Below, piece after piece: positions 38,382 through 50,261 of a stretch of 64,000 nucleotides of DNA. Both the position numbers and the translations under genes were made by a program. This DNA comes from a virus (Duplodnaviria > Caudoviricetes), in the IMG/VR virus record IMGVR_UViG_3300031555_003626, positions 64,001 to 128,000 of that record; one strand, written 5' to 3'. Position 1 is the stretch's first letter, and each line of letters starts with the position of its first letter. The notes beneath the pieces were generated by a model. It worked only from the letters and a program-made list of their open reading frames with translations, was not told the DNA's origin and did no database searches.

Positions 38382-39677
38382 ATGAAAACACTTTTTCACT
38401 TCAAAGATTTTGTTAAGGAGATCAGCGCAAATAATTCAAGAAAGTTTAAGCAGGGAGTGCTTGAGAAGTATAAGGACGACTCTGTAGTACATAGATACCT
38501 TAAGATTGCCTTTGATCCTTATGCAGTCTACGGTATTTCGACTAAGAAACTTCATAAGTCGGTTCCGGCAACTTCCATTATAGGCATCCACTCCATCTTT
38601 GAGCTTTTCACCTACCTTACGCAGTACAATACCGGCACTGATCAGATAGTAGGTCTGTGTCAGGACTTCCTTGACGGCGTAGCGGCTTGCGACAGAGAGT
38701 CTGCAGACCTTCTTGAGAAGCTTATCTGCAAGGATCTCAGTATCGGGTGCGATGCTAAGTCAATTAACTCTGTAATTCCAGGACTTATTCCTACTTTCGA
38801 CGTACAGCTCGCTCAGAAGTACTTCGATAAGCCTGAGAAGCTTGAGGGTAAGTATTTTGCTCTCACTACGAAGATCGACGGCGGTCGTATTATCGCCATA
38901 AAGGAAAATGGTCAAGTTTCGTTTTTCACTCGAGCAGGTCAGTTGTATGAGGGCCTCGTAGATCTCGAGAGGGAAATGCAGGAGAACATGCCGGACGGAA
39001 CTGTCCTTGACGGAGAGATCACTATCTTCGAGGATCGTGGTATCCCTTCTAAGGAAGCTTACAAGAGAGCGATGAAGATCACGCGTTCTGATGGAGAGAA
39101 GCATGGACTCAAGATGAAGTGCTTCGATGCGATGTATATCGATGAGTGGAAGGCTCAAAAGTCTACTCACGACTACATCGAGAGAAGAGCTTTGCTTAAT
39201 ACACTTGTTGCTCGAAAAGCTTTGATTTACTTCGAAGTTCTTCCGGAGCTTTACAGAGGAACGGATACTACTAAGGTACTTGAATTCCTCGATGAAGCAA
39301 TCGCTAATCAGGAAGAGGGAGTCATGATCAACATCTGCGATGCTCCTTATGAGTTCGGCAGAACCTGGTCGCTTATGAAGGTAAAGAAGATGAATACTCT
39401 CGACCTCGAGATAGTCGGATACGAAGAGGGATCAGGAAGACTTGCCGGTACTCTCGGAGCTATTCACGTAAGATATAAGAACGGTAATATCGTTAAAGTC
39501 GGTTCCGGTTTCTCTGATGAACTTCGTGCACTCATCTGGCTTGAGCCTTCTGACTTCATTGGTAAGATAGTTGAGATTCAGTACTTTGAGGAAACTACTA
39601 ACGCAGATGGCGGCAAGAGTCTTCGCTTCCCGGTATTCAAAGACTTCAGAACTGATAAGCTTACCCCCGACTTCTAA
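38382..39677 (+). CDS. lig: ATP-dependent DNA ligase
   Basis: Motif I KIDGGR, LDGEI, FDAM, EGVMI, MKVK, VGSGFSD, SLRFPVF. Confidence 0.95.
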   Translation: MKTLFHFKDFVKEISANNSRKFKQGVLEKYKDDSVVHRYLKIAFDPYAVYGISTKKLHKSVPATSIIGIHSIFELFTYLTQYNTGTDQIVGLCQDFLDGVAACDRESADLLEKLICKDLSIGCDAKSINSVIPGLIPTFDVQLAQKYFDKPEKLEGKYFALTTKIDGGRIIAIKENGQVSFFTRAGQLYEGLVDLEREMQENMPDGTVLDGEITIFEDRGIPSKEAYKRAMKITRSDGEKHGLKMKCFDAMYIDEWKAQKSTHDYIERRALLNTLVARKALIYFEVLPELYRGTDTTKVLEFLDEAIANQEEGVMINICDAPYEFGRTWSLMKVKKMNTLDLEIVGYEEGSGRLAGTLGAIHVRYKNGNIVKVGSGFSDELRALIWLEPSDFIGKIVEIQYFEETTNADGGKSLRFPVFKDFRTDKLTPDF

Positions 39678-39758
39678 TAAAAATTAACGGGTAAATTTAA
39701 TGCTAAATTATTTAGGTATTAAGTTTACCCATTTTATAAAATTAAGGAGAACATACTT

Positions 39759-40331
39759 ATGTCAACTATAGAAAATTTTGCTGAGGTTTCTGTACAAGAG
39801 CAAAGAGCTTTTGCCGATGCGCTAATAAAAACAATTAACTCGGAACATATCTTTACTGATGAAGTAGACTTCGAGATTACTAAGGTAGAAGCAGATGAAA
39901 TGTCTGGCGACCTTGCTATCGAAGTTACTCACGCAGGTGATATTGAGGTTACGCGTGCAGCGTCTTGGACAGCTGCTGATGAGGACGATGCTTATTCGGC
40001 AGATGGCGATATAGAATACGCCAACAGCCTCACGACTGACGTTGAAGATGCTTTTAAAACTAAAGAAGCCACAATTGAGGGTTACACTGTTCAGCTTGAG
40101 CTTGATGATGCTGATGAAAATGATACTATTGATACTGAGATAGATGATATTAGCTATGAAGATAGCGGTATCGGAGATTACGAATATTTCGGTTATTATG
40201 GACACGACTCTCATCCTTATGTAGAAGTTGATGGTACTCTTACTGTTGCTTGTACTTGTTATATTACTTTCTATGTAACACCCAATAGTGAAGTATCTGA
40301 GAAACCTGCTGCTGAGTCTGATGAAATTTAA
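39759..40331 (+). CDS. Highly acidic hypothetical protein
   Basis: GCTAAATTA upstream, AAGGAG RBS, own terminator at 40350-40380. Confidence 0.7.
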   Translation: MSTIENFAEVSVQEQRAFADALIKTINSEHIFTDEVDFEITKVEADEMSGDLAIEVTHAGDIEVTRAASWTAADEDDAYSADGDIEYANSLTTDVEDAFKTKEATIEGYTVQLELDDADENDTIDTEIDDISYEDSGIGDYEYFGYYGHDSHPYVEVDGTLTVACTCYITFYVTPNSEVSEKPAAESDEI

Positions 40332-40513
40332 ATAAAATACAGTAATTTAAAGAGCCTTAATTTCAGGGCTCTTTTTATTTTATACGGATTGCATAGGAAA
40401 ACTTATAAAAATTTTTTAAATTTCGTTGGTTTTGTCAGTTTACTTTTGGACAATTTCATGTTATAATATATATGTAAGTTGATTGAACAAACTAATTTTT
40501 GGAGGAACTACAA

Positions 40514-41035
40514 ATGAGAATTACAACTACTATCCCTGCAACCGACAAGAGACTTAACATCCTTAGCTCTGTCATCGGACAGATGAGCGACGGCATCTGG
40601 GAAAACACCCGCTCTATGGAAAAGTACTGGAAGAGTCTGGACTACGGCACTGACGCGAACGGCTATATTTATCTTGAGGACACCCACTACGTATGTCCGG
40701 ACGTCGTTAGCTTCTTCGCTAATAAGATTAAGCAGATCATCAAGATCGAGATTGACGACGGCGGAAACAACGGACTGATATGGGACCGCAGTTGTAGTGT
40801 ATCTCCTTATTATATGCACGGCAATGTGACTGTCGGTGATTGCTATGAGCTTTATGAGCTTCTTAAGGGCAGAAACACCGGTAAATATCACTATGCTTCT
40901 TATAGACCTTACACTGTAACCCTTTCCTACGCCGGTGTTGACTTTGATTTCGCAGTGGAAGCCCTCAATGAGTACGGTGCAAAGGAAAAAGCAAAGCAGG
41001 AGCTTTTGAAGAAGCTCACTGCTTCCGTTCGTTAA
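40514..41035 (+). CDS. Hypothetical protein
   Basis: GGAGG RBS; GQMSDGIWEN. Confidence 0.7.
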   Translation: MRITTTIPATDKRLNILSSVIGQMSDGIWENTRSMEKYWKSLDYGTDANGYIYLEDTHYVCPDVVSFFANKIKQIIKIEIDDGGNNGLIWDRSCSVSPYYMHGNVTVGDCYELYELLKGRNTGKYHYASYRPYTVTLSYAGVDFDFAVEALNEYGAKEKAKQELLKKLTASVR

Positions 41036-41200
41036 TAATTTTAGCCTGCTGGCGAAATAGACAGGATTTCGTTTATAAATTTCCGAAACTTTGTCTATTT
41101 CGTCAGTTTACAAATGGGCGAAAACATGTTATAATATAAATGTAAGTCGGAGGAAACAGACTTACAAAAAAATACATATTATACGAAAGAGGAAATTGTT

Positions 41201-42232
41201 ATGAACCTTACTAAAGTTAAAGGTTGCTATTCGAAAGAGCTCAGAGAGAACTGCAATAATATTAAGCTTATGCTTAATGAGCCGAGCGTGTCTACTGAAG
41301 AAATGATCCGTATGGTCAAAGTAATGATTATGCCTGCTTTTATTGAGGCAGACGCAAAGAGACGTTTTACAGAAAACCTTGAAGCCTGCGAAACTAAAGA
41401 AGCAGTTGATAAGCTTTGCCACGACGCTGTTATCAATGGTATGTGGTATAGACCTAAGAGAAGAGTAGTGGCCTAAGGGCTACTACTCAATATTAAGGAG
41501 GAACTTAGTTATGATGCCGACAATGACGAGAGAAGAGTTTGAAGCTATGACACTTGATGAGCTTCTCGAGTGGGCTTATGAGAACGTAGACGACCTTACT
41601 ACAGAAGATGTGCTCATTGATTTTGCAAAGAGTAAGATCGATGACAGTAGCTTTAATGTTGCTATGCACATACTCGCGGCAATCTGGGAAAGTGAAGAAG
41701 CTTACAACGATTACTATCTCTATGATTATAGTGCAGGAACGACTGCGACACCACGGCCAGTAACCTGTAAAGAAGACCTTGAAGACTATATCGATTTTGA
41801 TGAGGAGGAAGAATAATATGACAGATAGTTCTTTTGGCTGGAACATAATTAAAAGACCCGAGTTCGCAGAAGTTCGTAAAACAACTTGCAGAGCTCTTGA
41901 GCTCGCAGACGAAGGTCTTATTGACTATAAGACTCTTGCAGAGTGCGCGCTCAAATGGATGAGCGAAGACGACGTAGCAGAAATGCTTAAAGCAAATGAG
42001 ATTTATGTGGAGGACACAGAAGATGAAGAAGACTGAAAGCTTTCCTTATATTCTTAACGCAGGTAAGAAGAAAGATGACCTGTATCCTATCTGTGCCTAT
42101 AAGACTAAAGAAGACGCTATGGTAGGCGCTGTGGCGCTTAAGTCTGAAAATGTCTATAAGTACTTTGAGGTAGTTTATATGCCGGAAGATAACGACGACA
42201 TCAATGATGTTGTGTGGAAGAATTTTAAATAA
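41201..42232 (+). CDS. Four small hypothetical proteins (41201-41476, 41511-41816, 41818-42036, 42023-42232)
   Basis: RBSs and tight packing after early promoter. Confidence 0.65.
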
Positions 42233-42329
42233 TTTTACATATTCACAATTCGTTTACAAATATATAATATCTACGTAGTAATTATGGGGTATAATATATT
42301 TGTAAACGAAACTTGGAGGATTACGAAAG

Positions 42330-45300
42330 ATGAAAGTATTTAATCATATCAATGACTGCTGGGCAGCAATTTCTGAGTGTAAGACTATCGACGAAGTCAA
42401 TGATCTTATTCAGACTTTTCCTAGATGTATGGGAGAGTGGTGGATTGACACAGAAGATAGCTCTTATGTAGTTACCAATCGCTACTATGACAGTCAGCTC
42501 GAAGATTGGTTTGAAGACTCTGAAGACCTTGAAATTGAAGTTGAGGAGGACGATGAGATATGACTAAACGTTTCTTTAAGATGGTTGCTAGAAACGGATA
42601 CTGCAGCTATTTTGAGTATGTTCCTGAAAAAGGTTGTGAGTTTCCTGTACTCTCAGTATTTAATCCCGCAGATTATGAAATTTATGAAGTTACGGAGGAA
42701 GAATATAATGAGCATCATTCAGTATAAGTACAACGTAGGAGACTACATAAGATTCAAAAGTAAGTTCACTAATCCTACTTGCGGACTTGCGTGGAGAGCA
42801 GGGACTGTTGCAAAGATTACAGGTATTGCTAAAGCTTATAACAACAAACCGCATTATTATGTAAATGATATGGAGGACGAAGTATTTCCTGAGTCTGTTT
42901 TTGCAGGACTCGCCACGGAGTCAGAATTTCGCGCACAGCTTGCTTTGGATACTGAGGCGGATACTTTACAGGGCCCCGAGACAAAATGCGATACAGAGAG
43001 TTCTGGAGAGTCTGAGTTTGAGGTTCTTCCTCTTGAGGAAGCAAAGTGGTACAGAATTTCTTTCTCTGCTAAGCTTACCCCTGATGACCTGAGAGCAATG
43101 AAGAAATGTTTCTTCGATGCTATGAACGAAAGTATGGAAATCTACGATCTCGCAAATCTTGAAATCGAGGAGGCTTAAGATGATAGTACATAACGAATAC
43201 CTTGGATGGCAGATTGAGTGGGCTCAGAATATGCAGGACACTCTTTACGGACTTTCTCAGGACGAAGATCTTTGGGATAAGTTCAGAGAGTTTATTCAGG
43301 AGATGTATCCGAATGTAGACACTTTTCACACTGACTGCGTAACGTTTCAGTATGGTTTCTCTTCTCTTGAGGAAGCTCGTATCTTTGAGAAAGAGATGAA
43401 AAAGCGCATTACCCACTGGATTAACGCTTATACCTAAGGAGATCTGAGATGAGCTTTAAGTTTAAGAAAGGTACTCAGGTGCAGATTAAGTTCACCGATA
43501 TGTTCTCTTCTTTCTTCGGAGGCGGAGGTTTTGGTAACACTTCTTCTGCTATCGGCGGAAAGATTACAGACTTAAGAGAGCACAACGGAGTTGCTCAATA
43601 CAAAGTTTCCGGCTTCACTGGCTGGTGGAACGAAGAATGTCTTCAGGAGGCAAAAGCGTGAAAACTAAAGGAAATTGGGTAATTAAAACTTCTGCCGGCG
43701 GATACTGGTGTGGTAATTCCTACTTTGACCCGCAACTCAGAAAAGCTCAGGTCTATCACTGGAAAGAAAAAGCAGAAGAGCAGATCGAAGTAATCAAGAA
43801 GAAAAAGTACTTCGCCCCTGATATGGAATACGAGATTGTAGCAATTTCAGAACCTAAGGAATTTAAGGATACTGAAGCTGAGTGGCTTGTGGATTTTCCA
43901 GAGGACCTTGAAGCACATCCCTACTGTTCTAACTGTAAATATTCTGCTCTCAATAACTACCGCAGACTTCCTGTCAAATCTAAGTTCTGCCCACACTGTG
44001 GAAAGTATATGACTAATCATAATCAACCGGAGGATTAAAGAAATGATGACTGCAAAAGAAGCGAGAGCCGCAACTAACGACAGACTTGTTGTTATGGCTA
44101 AAGAATTTATTATTAACAATACAGGAATCCCAATTCAGGACGCGATCAATAACGGACATTTCCATACTACAGTAAGTTTCGAGGGAGTTCCCAGCCCGGA
44201 AAAGACTGGGGCTGAAGTAGTAAGACAGCTTAAGGAGCAGGGCTTCGAAGCAGAGCATGTCTACTACGACGGACCTAACGGTTACGATAACTACATTCTT
44301 ATTAAATGGGGAGATGACTAATGAAGAAGAAAGTAACGATGACCTGTATCCTGAAATCAGGAGTAAAGGTAGAAGATTCTATCAAGTTCAATAGCAAGGA
44401 TACTAGAGTATTCAAAGCTATCGAGTCGATGCGAAAGGACGTTGAGAACTATATGTCCAGTCATACTGCTGACAAAGGCCAACTTACTTTCGGCACAACT
44501 ACTATCTCAGTCTCTGAGATTGCGGCAATTACATTTAAGTGAGGTAAAAGTTATGGTAAGTTATTGGAAAACTCAGTGGTTCAGAGTAATCTTTGGTACG
44601 GTAAGTATTGTACTTTTTATCATCTTTCTTTTTCAGCCGGGAGCAGATGAAAGCACTCTTGAAGGGCTGAGAGAAAATCTTAATAACTGCTTTGCTGCTC
44701 TCTGTTGGTTTATTAACTCAATGATCTGGTTTGTTGCTTCTATCATTGAATATAACTGCGACAGGATTGAGCTGCTCGAGAAGAAGCAGGAGAGGGATGA
44801 CACAATGTACGAACTCGTGCAGGAACTTGTAGCCGCAAATAAGATCGACCGCGAGGTCATGAAGAAGTATGAAGAAAGACTTAAGAAGCTGGAGGACAGA
44901 TTAAGATGAATAGATACGTAGTTTTCGCAGGTGAAGTAAAAGGACAACTGAAACTTAAAATGCTTCTGCCGAAAGAAGAAGCTCTCGCTTATGCTAAGGA
45001 GCTTGAGTCAGTACATACCTACGTTGCTGTCTGCCACTTGGGTAATCAGGATATGGCGGATACTATCTATGCTAACTTCGAACTGGAGGGTTAAGATGGA
45101 ATATATCGGAACAGCTAGAAATGTAAGAGAACTACAGGAGCTTCTGAATAAGACCGATCCTTCTGCTACTATCACTATGGCAGCTGTACCGGAACCTTGG
45201 TGCTATATTGAAGTTTACTACGATAGAGAAATTAACGATGTAATAATTAAATAAGAGAGGTAAAACAAAAATGACAGATTTCGAAAAGCGTATTCCTGAA

Positions 45301-45519
45301 GATGAGACTATGATTGAGGAGTGGCCAGAACCCGATTACGAAGAAGACGATTATGAAGAAGAGGAAGAAGAACTTCTGGATTATGAAATAAGATTCAAAG
45401 CAAAAGGTCTTACCGCAGAAGAAGCTCGCACTCTGAGTCGTTATCTCTTTGATGCTATTGAGAAAGAACTTGAGATTCCATATTCTAAGCTTGAAGATTT
45501 CGAGATTGAAGAAGATTAA
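42330..45519 (+). CDS. Operon of small hypothetical proteins (42330-42563, 42560-42727, 42708-43178, 43180-43437, 43449-43661, 43658-44038, 44043-44321, 44321-44542, 44553-44909 with two TM helices, 44906-45094, 45096-45254, 45271-45519)
   Basis: Overlapping stop/start junctions with RBSs; terminator at 45527-45557. Confidence 0.65.
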
Positions 45520-45648
45520 AAACAAATGCCGACCATTCTTTTTAATGGTCGGTTTTTATTTACAATTTGTTCACAAAAATAACTAATTTTAGAAATATTT
45601 GTATGATATAATATAAATATAAATAAAGTTAAGGAGATTAAATAAAAG

Positions 45649-46288
45649 ATGCCAGACCTTAAAGACTTTAAAGAATGCCCGATAGGTGAATACGTAAGAA
45701 TAATAACATTAAAAGATAAACCCTTGGAAGCTCTTACTGACCAGGAACTTTGGGTACTCTATACTAAAGCTCTTGATGATTCTACTTCTGACGTTGCTAA
45801 AAAGCTTGGGCTTCAGAGTAGAGCTGCTGAGAGAGCTACCGAGTATGAGGGTGAGCTTGTTAATAGAGGGATTTTTAAAACATCTCAGGTATCTATTTTT
45901 GAAGGAGACAACTAATATGATTATCTTTTCGGACATTACTTGTAGAGCAAACACCACTACATTCGTTTCGAGAGGTCTCGTGAGCGGATCACCTGTCTGC
46001 TACGCTGACCTTATCGACTGGACTATCTTTCAGGACTTTCTTAAGGAATGCAAACCTGAGTCTAAGCTTACTATAGAAGTAAAGACCTACGGCTATGGAG
46101 AAGACGACGGATACGGTAAGTTCGATACAACCCCGGAAGAAGTCGCTTACATGCTTATGAGAGTACAGAGAAACGAGAGGTTCTGCGAAACCCGCTGTGA
46201 GAAACTCAGGCAGCATAAGATAGACATTGACCTGAGCGCATTTAGAAAAGCAGACCGCGTTCTTTCTCACATTGTATATAACGACTAA
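45649..46288 (+). CDS. Two hypothetical proteins (45649-45915, 45917-46288)
   Basis: AAGGAG RBSs. Confidence 0.6.
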
Positions 46289-46384
46289 GTAATTAAATAA
46301 ATCTCGTGTGCTTTTCCTGTATCTATTCGTGGTGAAATATGTTATAATATAGTTATAAAAGTAAAACTAAGGAGGATACAGAAA

Positions 46385-47855
46385 ATGACATTTGAAGAAA
46401 AAGTTGCTATGTGGTCTGAGAAGAAGAGATTTATTGAAGCCCTTGACCAGGTATTCCAGATGAAGCCTGCCGGCTCTTTGATTGAGAAGATAGAGTATGA
46501 AGTCTATCAGAAAGAAATCGGCGATACAATGAGATTCAAGGAGTGGTTAATCCTTCACTTCGAGGGTGGAGCAATGCTGGCTACTCAGTCAACAGGGTGC
46601 AGTAATATAGCTAACCTTAGAACTATCGCTTCTTATCTTGATGGTGGATACTACGAGGAAGTGAGAATTTATAGAGCACAGGTAGAACTCGGTTGGGAAC
46701 CTGTGGAGCTAGAGAGCTGATGAACGGCGAAGTGAGATTTCATACTCTGCGGTGGATCCGGGTTAATTCCGGGTCTATCTCAGGGTGTGAAGTAGAAGAG
46801 TTTATTGATACCACCAGAAACTATTTTAAAACTGTTTGGGCTGATGGTTATACCGAAATCACGAAGCTTCATACAATATGCACAGGACAGGCAATAAAAG
46901 AACCGAAAACTTCGTCTAATTTGTCAGTTTACAAATCACCGAAAATATGTTATAATATAAGTGTAAGAAAAACAAAGGAGACCGCCCTATGAACAATACT
47001 GAAAAGTATCCTATTAAAGAAGAGTGGGAAGCTTACTATAATGTATTAGAAGCAATCCGCAAAAGCGGTATTACTAATATGTTCGGTGCTTCACCTTATC
47101 TGAAAGAGTTCTGCCCTGAGCTTTCCAGAAAAGAAGCAGATGAAATACTCTGCAACTGGATTCATAATTACAAAGCTTTAAACGAAAAGTATCACTGGCA
47201 ATAAATTTACAAAAGTTAAAAAGGAGTTACATAATACAAATGACTAACAAGACTACTATTAAAAATCTCGCTGAATGGATCGAGCAGCTTAAGGAACTCG
47301 CTAAAGGAGATAGCGACATTCTCATCTCATGGTTTAAGGGAACAAAGGATTCACCTTTCTCTATTATCGGCGGCTGGATGGAAGGCTTCTCAGAAAGCTG
47401 GGATGATCTTCTTTGTGTAAGTAAGACTAATCCAAAGTATGCGATGTGTGTTAAGATCGCCATGAACGAAGGACCTTACGCTTACACCGACTTTGAGATG
47501 ATGAACATGCCCTTCGACGAGGAAGGAAACGTAGATGATACCTGTGTCGCTCTCGAGTGGGAAGACGATGCGGAAGAGCTTGCTACTTGGCTTCTCGGCG
47601 AATGGGAAAGAATTACTAAAGAACATTCGGAGGATTAACATGAACTACTACGTACTTAAGAACCCGGATACAGGACTCTACTTCAGAGGTAAAGGAGTTA
47701 ATCGCTGGGGACCTTACTTTAATCAGGCTTCTATTTACAGAGTCAAAGGAACTGCAGAAAGTTCTTGTCGAGAGATTAATGAGCGTAAGAGACCCGGAGA
47801 AAGAGCAGTAGTTGTTCCGATCCAAATAATCGAGCTCGACGGTGAAACTAATTAA
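46385..47855 (+). CDS. Small hypothetical proteins (46385-46720, 46720-46992 weak, 46989-47204, 47240-47638, 47640-47855)
   Basis: RBSs; 46989 carries LEAIRKSGITNMFGA. Confidence 0.6.
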
Positions 47856-47901
47856 TACAGTATCGTATAATAAAATAGAAAATACAAAAGGAGAATAACT
47901 T

Positions 47902-48072
47902 ATGGGAGCAACTAAAACTTTTAAGGTAGTCTATTATGATAATAATGTAAAGTCCGGTGATAAGCGTAGATCGATGATTGTAGAAGCCTACGATAGAAAT
48001 GACGCTATCTACCGATTTCAGCAAGACTTTGGCAACAGTGTAGTTGTAAGAGATTGTACAGAGCTGCGCTAA
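47902..48072 (+). CDS. Small hypothetical protein, 56 aa (not in track)
   Basis: Own TATCGTATAAT promoter, AAGGAG RBS, terminator at 48088-48118. Confidence 0.65.
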   Translation: MGATKTFKVVYYDNNVKSGDKRRSMIVEAYDRNDAIYRFQQDFGNSVVVRDCTELR

Positions 48073-48200
48073 GCTACTCGTTAATAATAAGGGAGCTTCG
48101 GTTCCCTTATTTTTTTTTATATTTTTTTAAAAGTTCGTAATTTTGTAGCACATTTTGTTTTATTATATGGTATAATGTGGTAAAGAAGGAGGTGCTTTAA

Positions 48201-50065
48201 ATGTTACTTATTAAATTTAAGTACAGAGACCAGTATTCAAAAGACGGTAAGTGGTCTGAGCAACAGTGTATCTGTAGCTCGCTAGAAGAGTGTAAGAAGT
48301 TCTACGGTCTCGACATTGATCCAGACTGCGAGTACGAAATCATTTCTATTGAAGAAATCGAGTAGCTCATTAAAGAGGAGGAAGCACCTATGAAGAAGCT
48401 TAGCGAAACTAATTTTATTTCATGTAATAACAACTGCACTCTTTACCAGACACCACTCACGAGTGTTAGCTCAGATAAGATGATCCTGCAGTATGTATGC
48501 TCGGAGCAGGCGGGAAGAATAGTGTTTCATCGAAAGTTAAGATTGTATCGTAATGAAAGTGGCGGCTTCTATGTCATCGCACGTAATAATAGATGCTACG
48601 TGACTGACTTGATGCATAAATGGTTTTACAAATAATTCCAAGGAGGAAAATTAACATGAGCCAGAAAGAAATTGCAATTCAATGTTTAAAGAAGCTAGAC
48701 ATCTACAGACCGTACATAAAGAAATTCGAGAGGGAAGATATACCGATGTTCTTCGAAAGATTCGCGGGGTATTATCTGTTTAATGACCTGGTACTACAGG
48801 ATAAGGTAAAGAAAGTGCAGGAAGCTAATGATGTCTTAGTCTATGCTATTACTCATGAGTGGTTAGAGTTCGGGGAGTGCTGGTCCATGTTATGCGTAAC
48901 TAAGAATACTCAGAGTGTTGATGAGTGTATCATGGATACCTTGCACCCGGATACTTTCTACGTTAACTCTTACGTTTGGAACTTAGACAATGAGCACTTC
49001 TCAGAGTTCGGCGACGTAGTGATAAATACTTCCGGCGGACGTATCAGACGATTGGGTTAATAATTTAAAAGAGCACCTGTGGTTATCTCATGGGTGCTTT
49101 TTCTTTACCTATAAAAATATTTATTTAGCCGGCTACATTTATTTGGTTAATACTGTATAATATAATGGTAGAAAAAGACATCCTCGAGAGGGAGCTATAT
49201 AAAATATAAAAGGAAGGAAGAATGATTATGGAAAAGAAAATGTATACTTATAAGGTACGAGTAAATGGCTCTGAGCCCTTGCATAAGACTATTGTAGTGC
49301 ATGCAGATTCCGATAAGGTAGCTGAAGGTCTGGCACTTGCAAAGATTACTAGAGAGTGGTCTTCTATGTATTCTCCCGGTAAGGATACTATTCAGCTTGA
49401 GCTGGTAAGTATGGTTTAAACATAATTGTGAACAAATTGTAAACAATCACCAAAAGGGGTTTACAAATGAATCAAAACATGTTATAATATAATTATAAAA
49501 CAAATACATAATTAATAAGGAGATATTAAAATGGCAATTAAAAAGGTTAGAAAGTATGTTGTGGTTACAGACGATGGTCCTGGTTATGAAAATGAGTTCT
49601 TGACTTACTCCTCCCGCCACAGCTATTATACCACTACCCCGAACTTCGAAAGTCTGACTAGGTTTGATACTTATGATACAGTTGAGGAAGCAGAGGATAG
49701 ATGTAATGATGCTGACTCTGGTACCTTAGGCGGTTGGCCTTATCCTTTTAGGATTATGGAAATCACAGGTGTCTATACAGGTGAGGGTGCTCCTGAAATG
49801 AAACTTGTTAAGACCATTAACGAATAAGTGAAAGGAGAAACCTAATATGTTTTATTACACAGTAGAATCCAGCCACTGGCCGATGAACCTTGAGTTCAAA
49901 TCTAAGATAGAGATGAAGGAAGGACAGTGCTTCAGAATCCTTTCTCACGACGGCTTCCGTCAGTATCCTACTAGATTCAAGGTACTCACTGTATCCGAGA
50001 ATCCTAGCTACTCTGGAAATATTGTTGAGATTCTGGATGCTGACCTCAATGTCGAAAGCTTCTAA
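48201..50065 (+). CDS. Small hypothetical proteins (48201-48365, 48390-48635, 48656-49060, 49222-49419, 49531-49827, 49847-50065)
   Basis: RBSs, promoters and terminators delimit the units. Confidence 0.6.
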
Positions 50066-50261
50066 TGAATAAAAAGAACTGTATCGATAGACGGTATGGT
50101 TCTTTTTTATTTACAATTTATTAACGGTTTATTAGCACATTTTGTCGGATTTTGTGATATAATATATAATGTAAGGAGCACTGGTAAAAACTGATAACAA
50201 AAAGTAAAAATTATAAATTACATATTGTATAATATAATGTAAGATAATTTGGAGGTTACAC

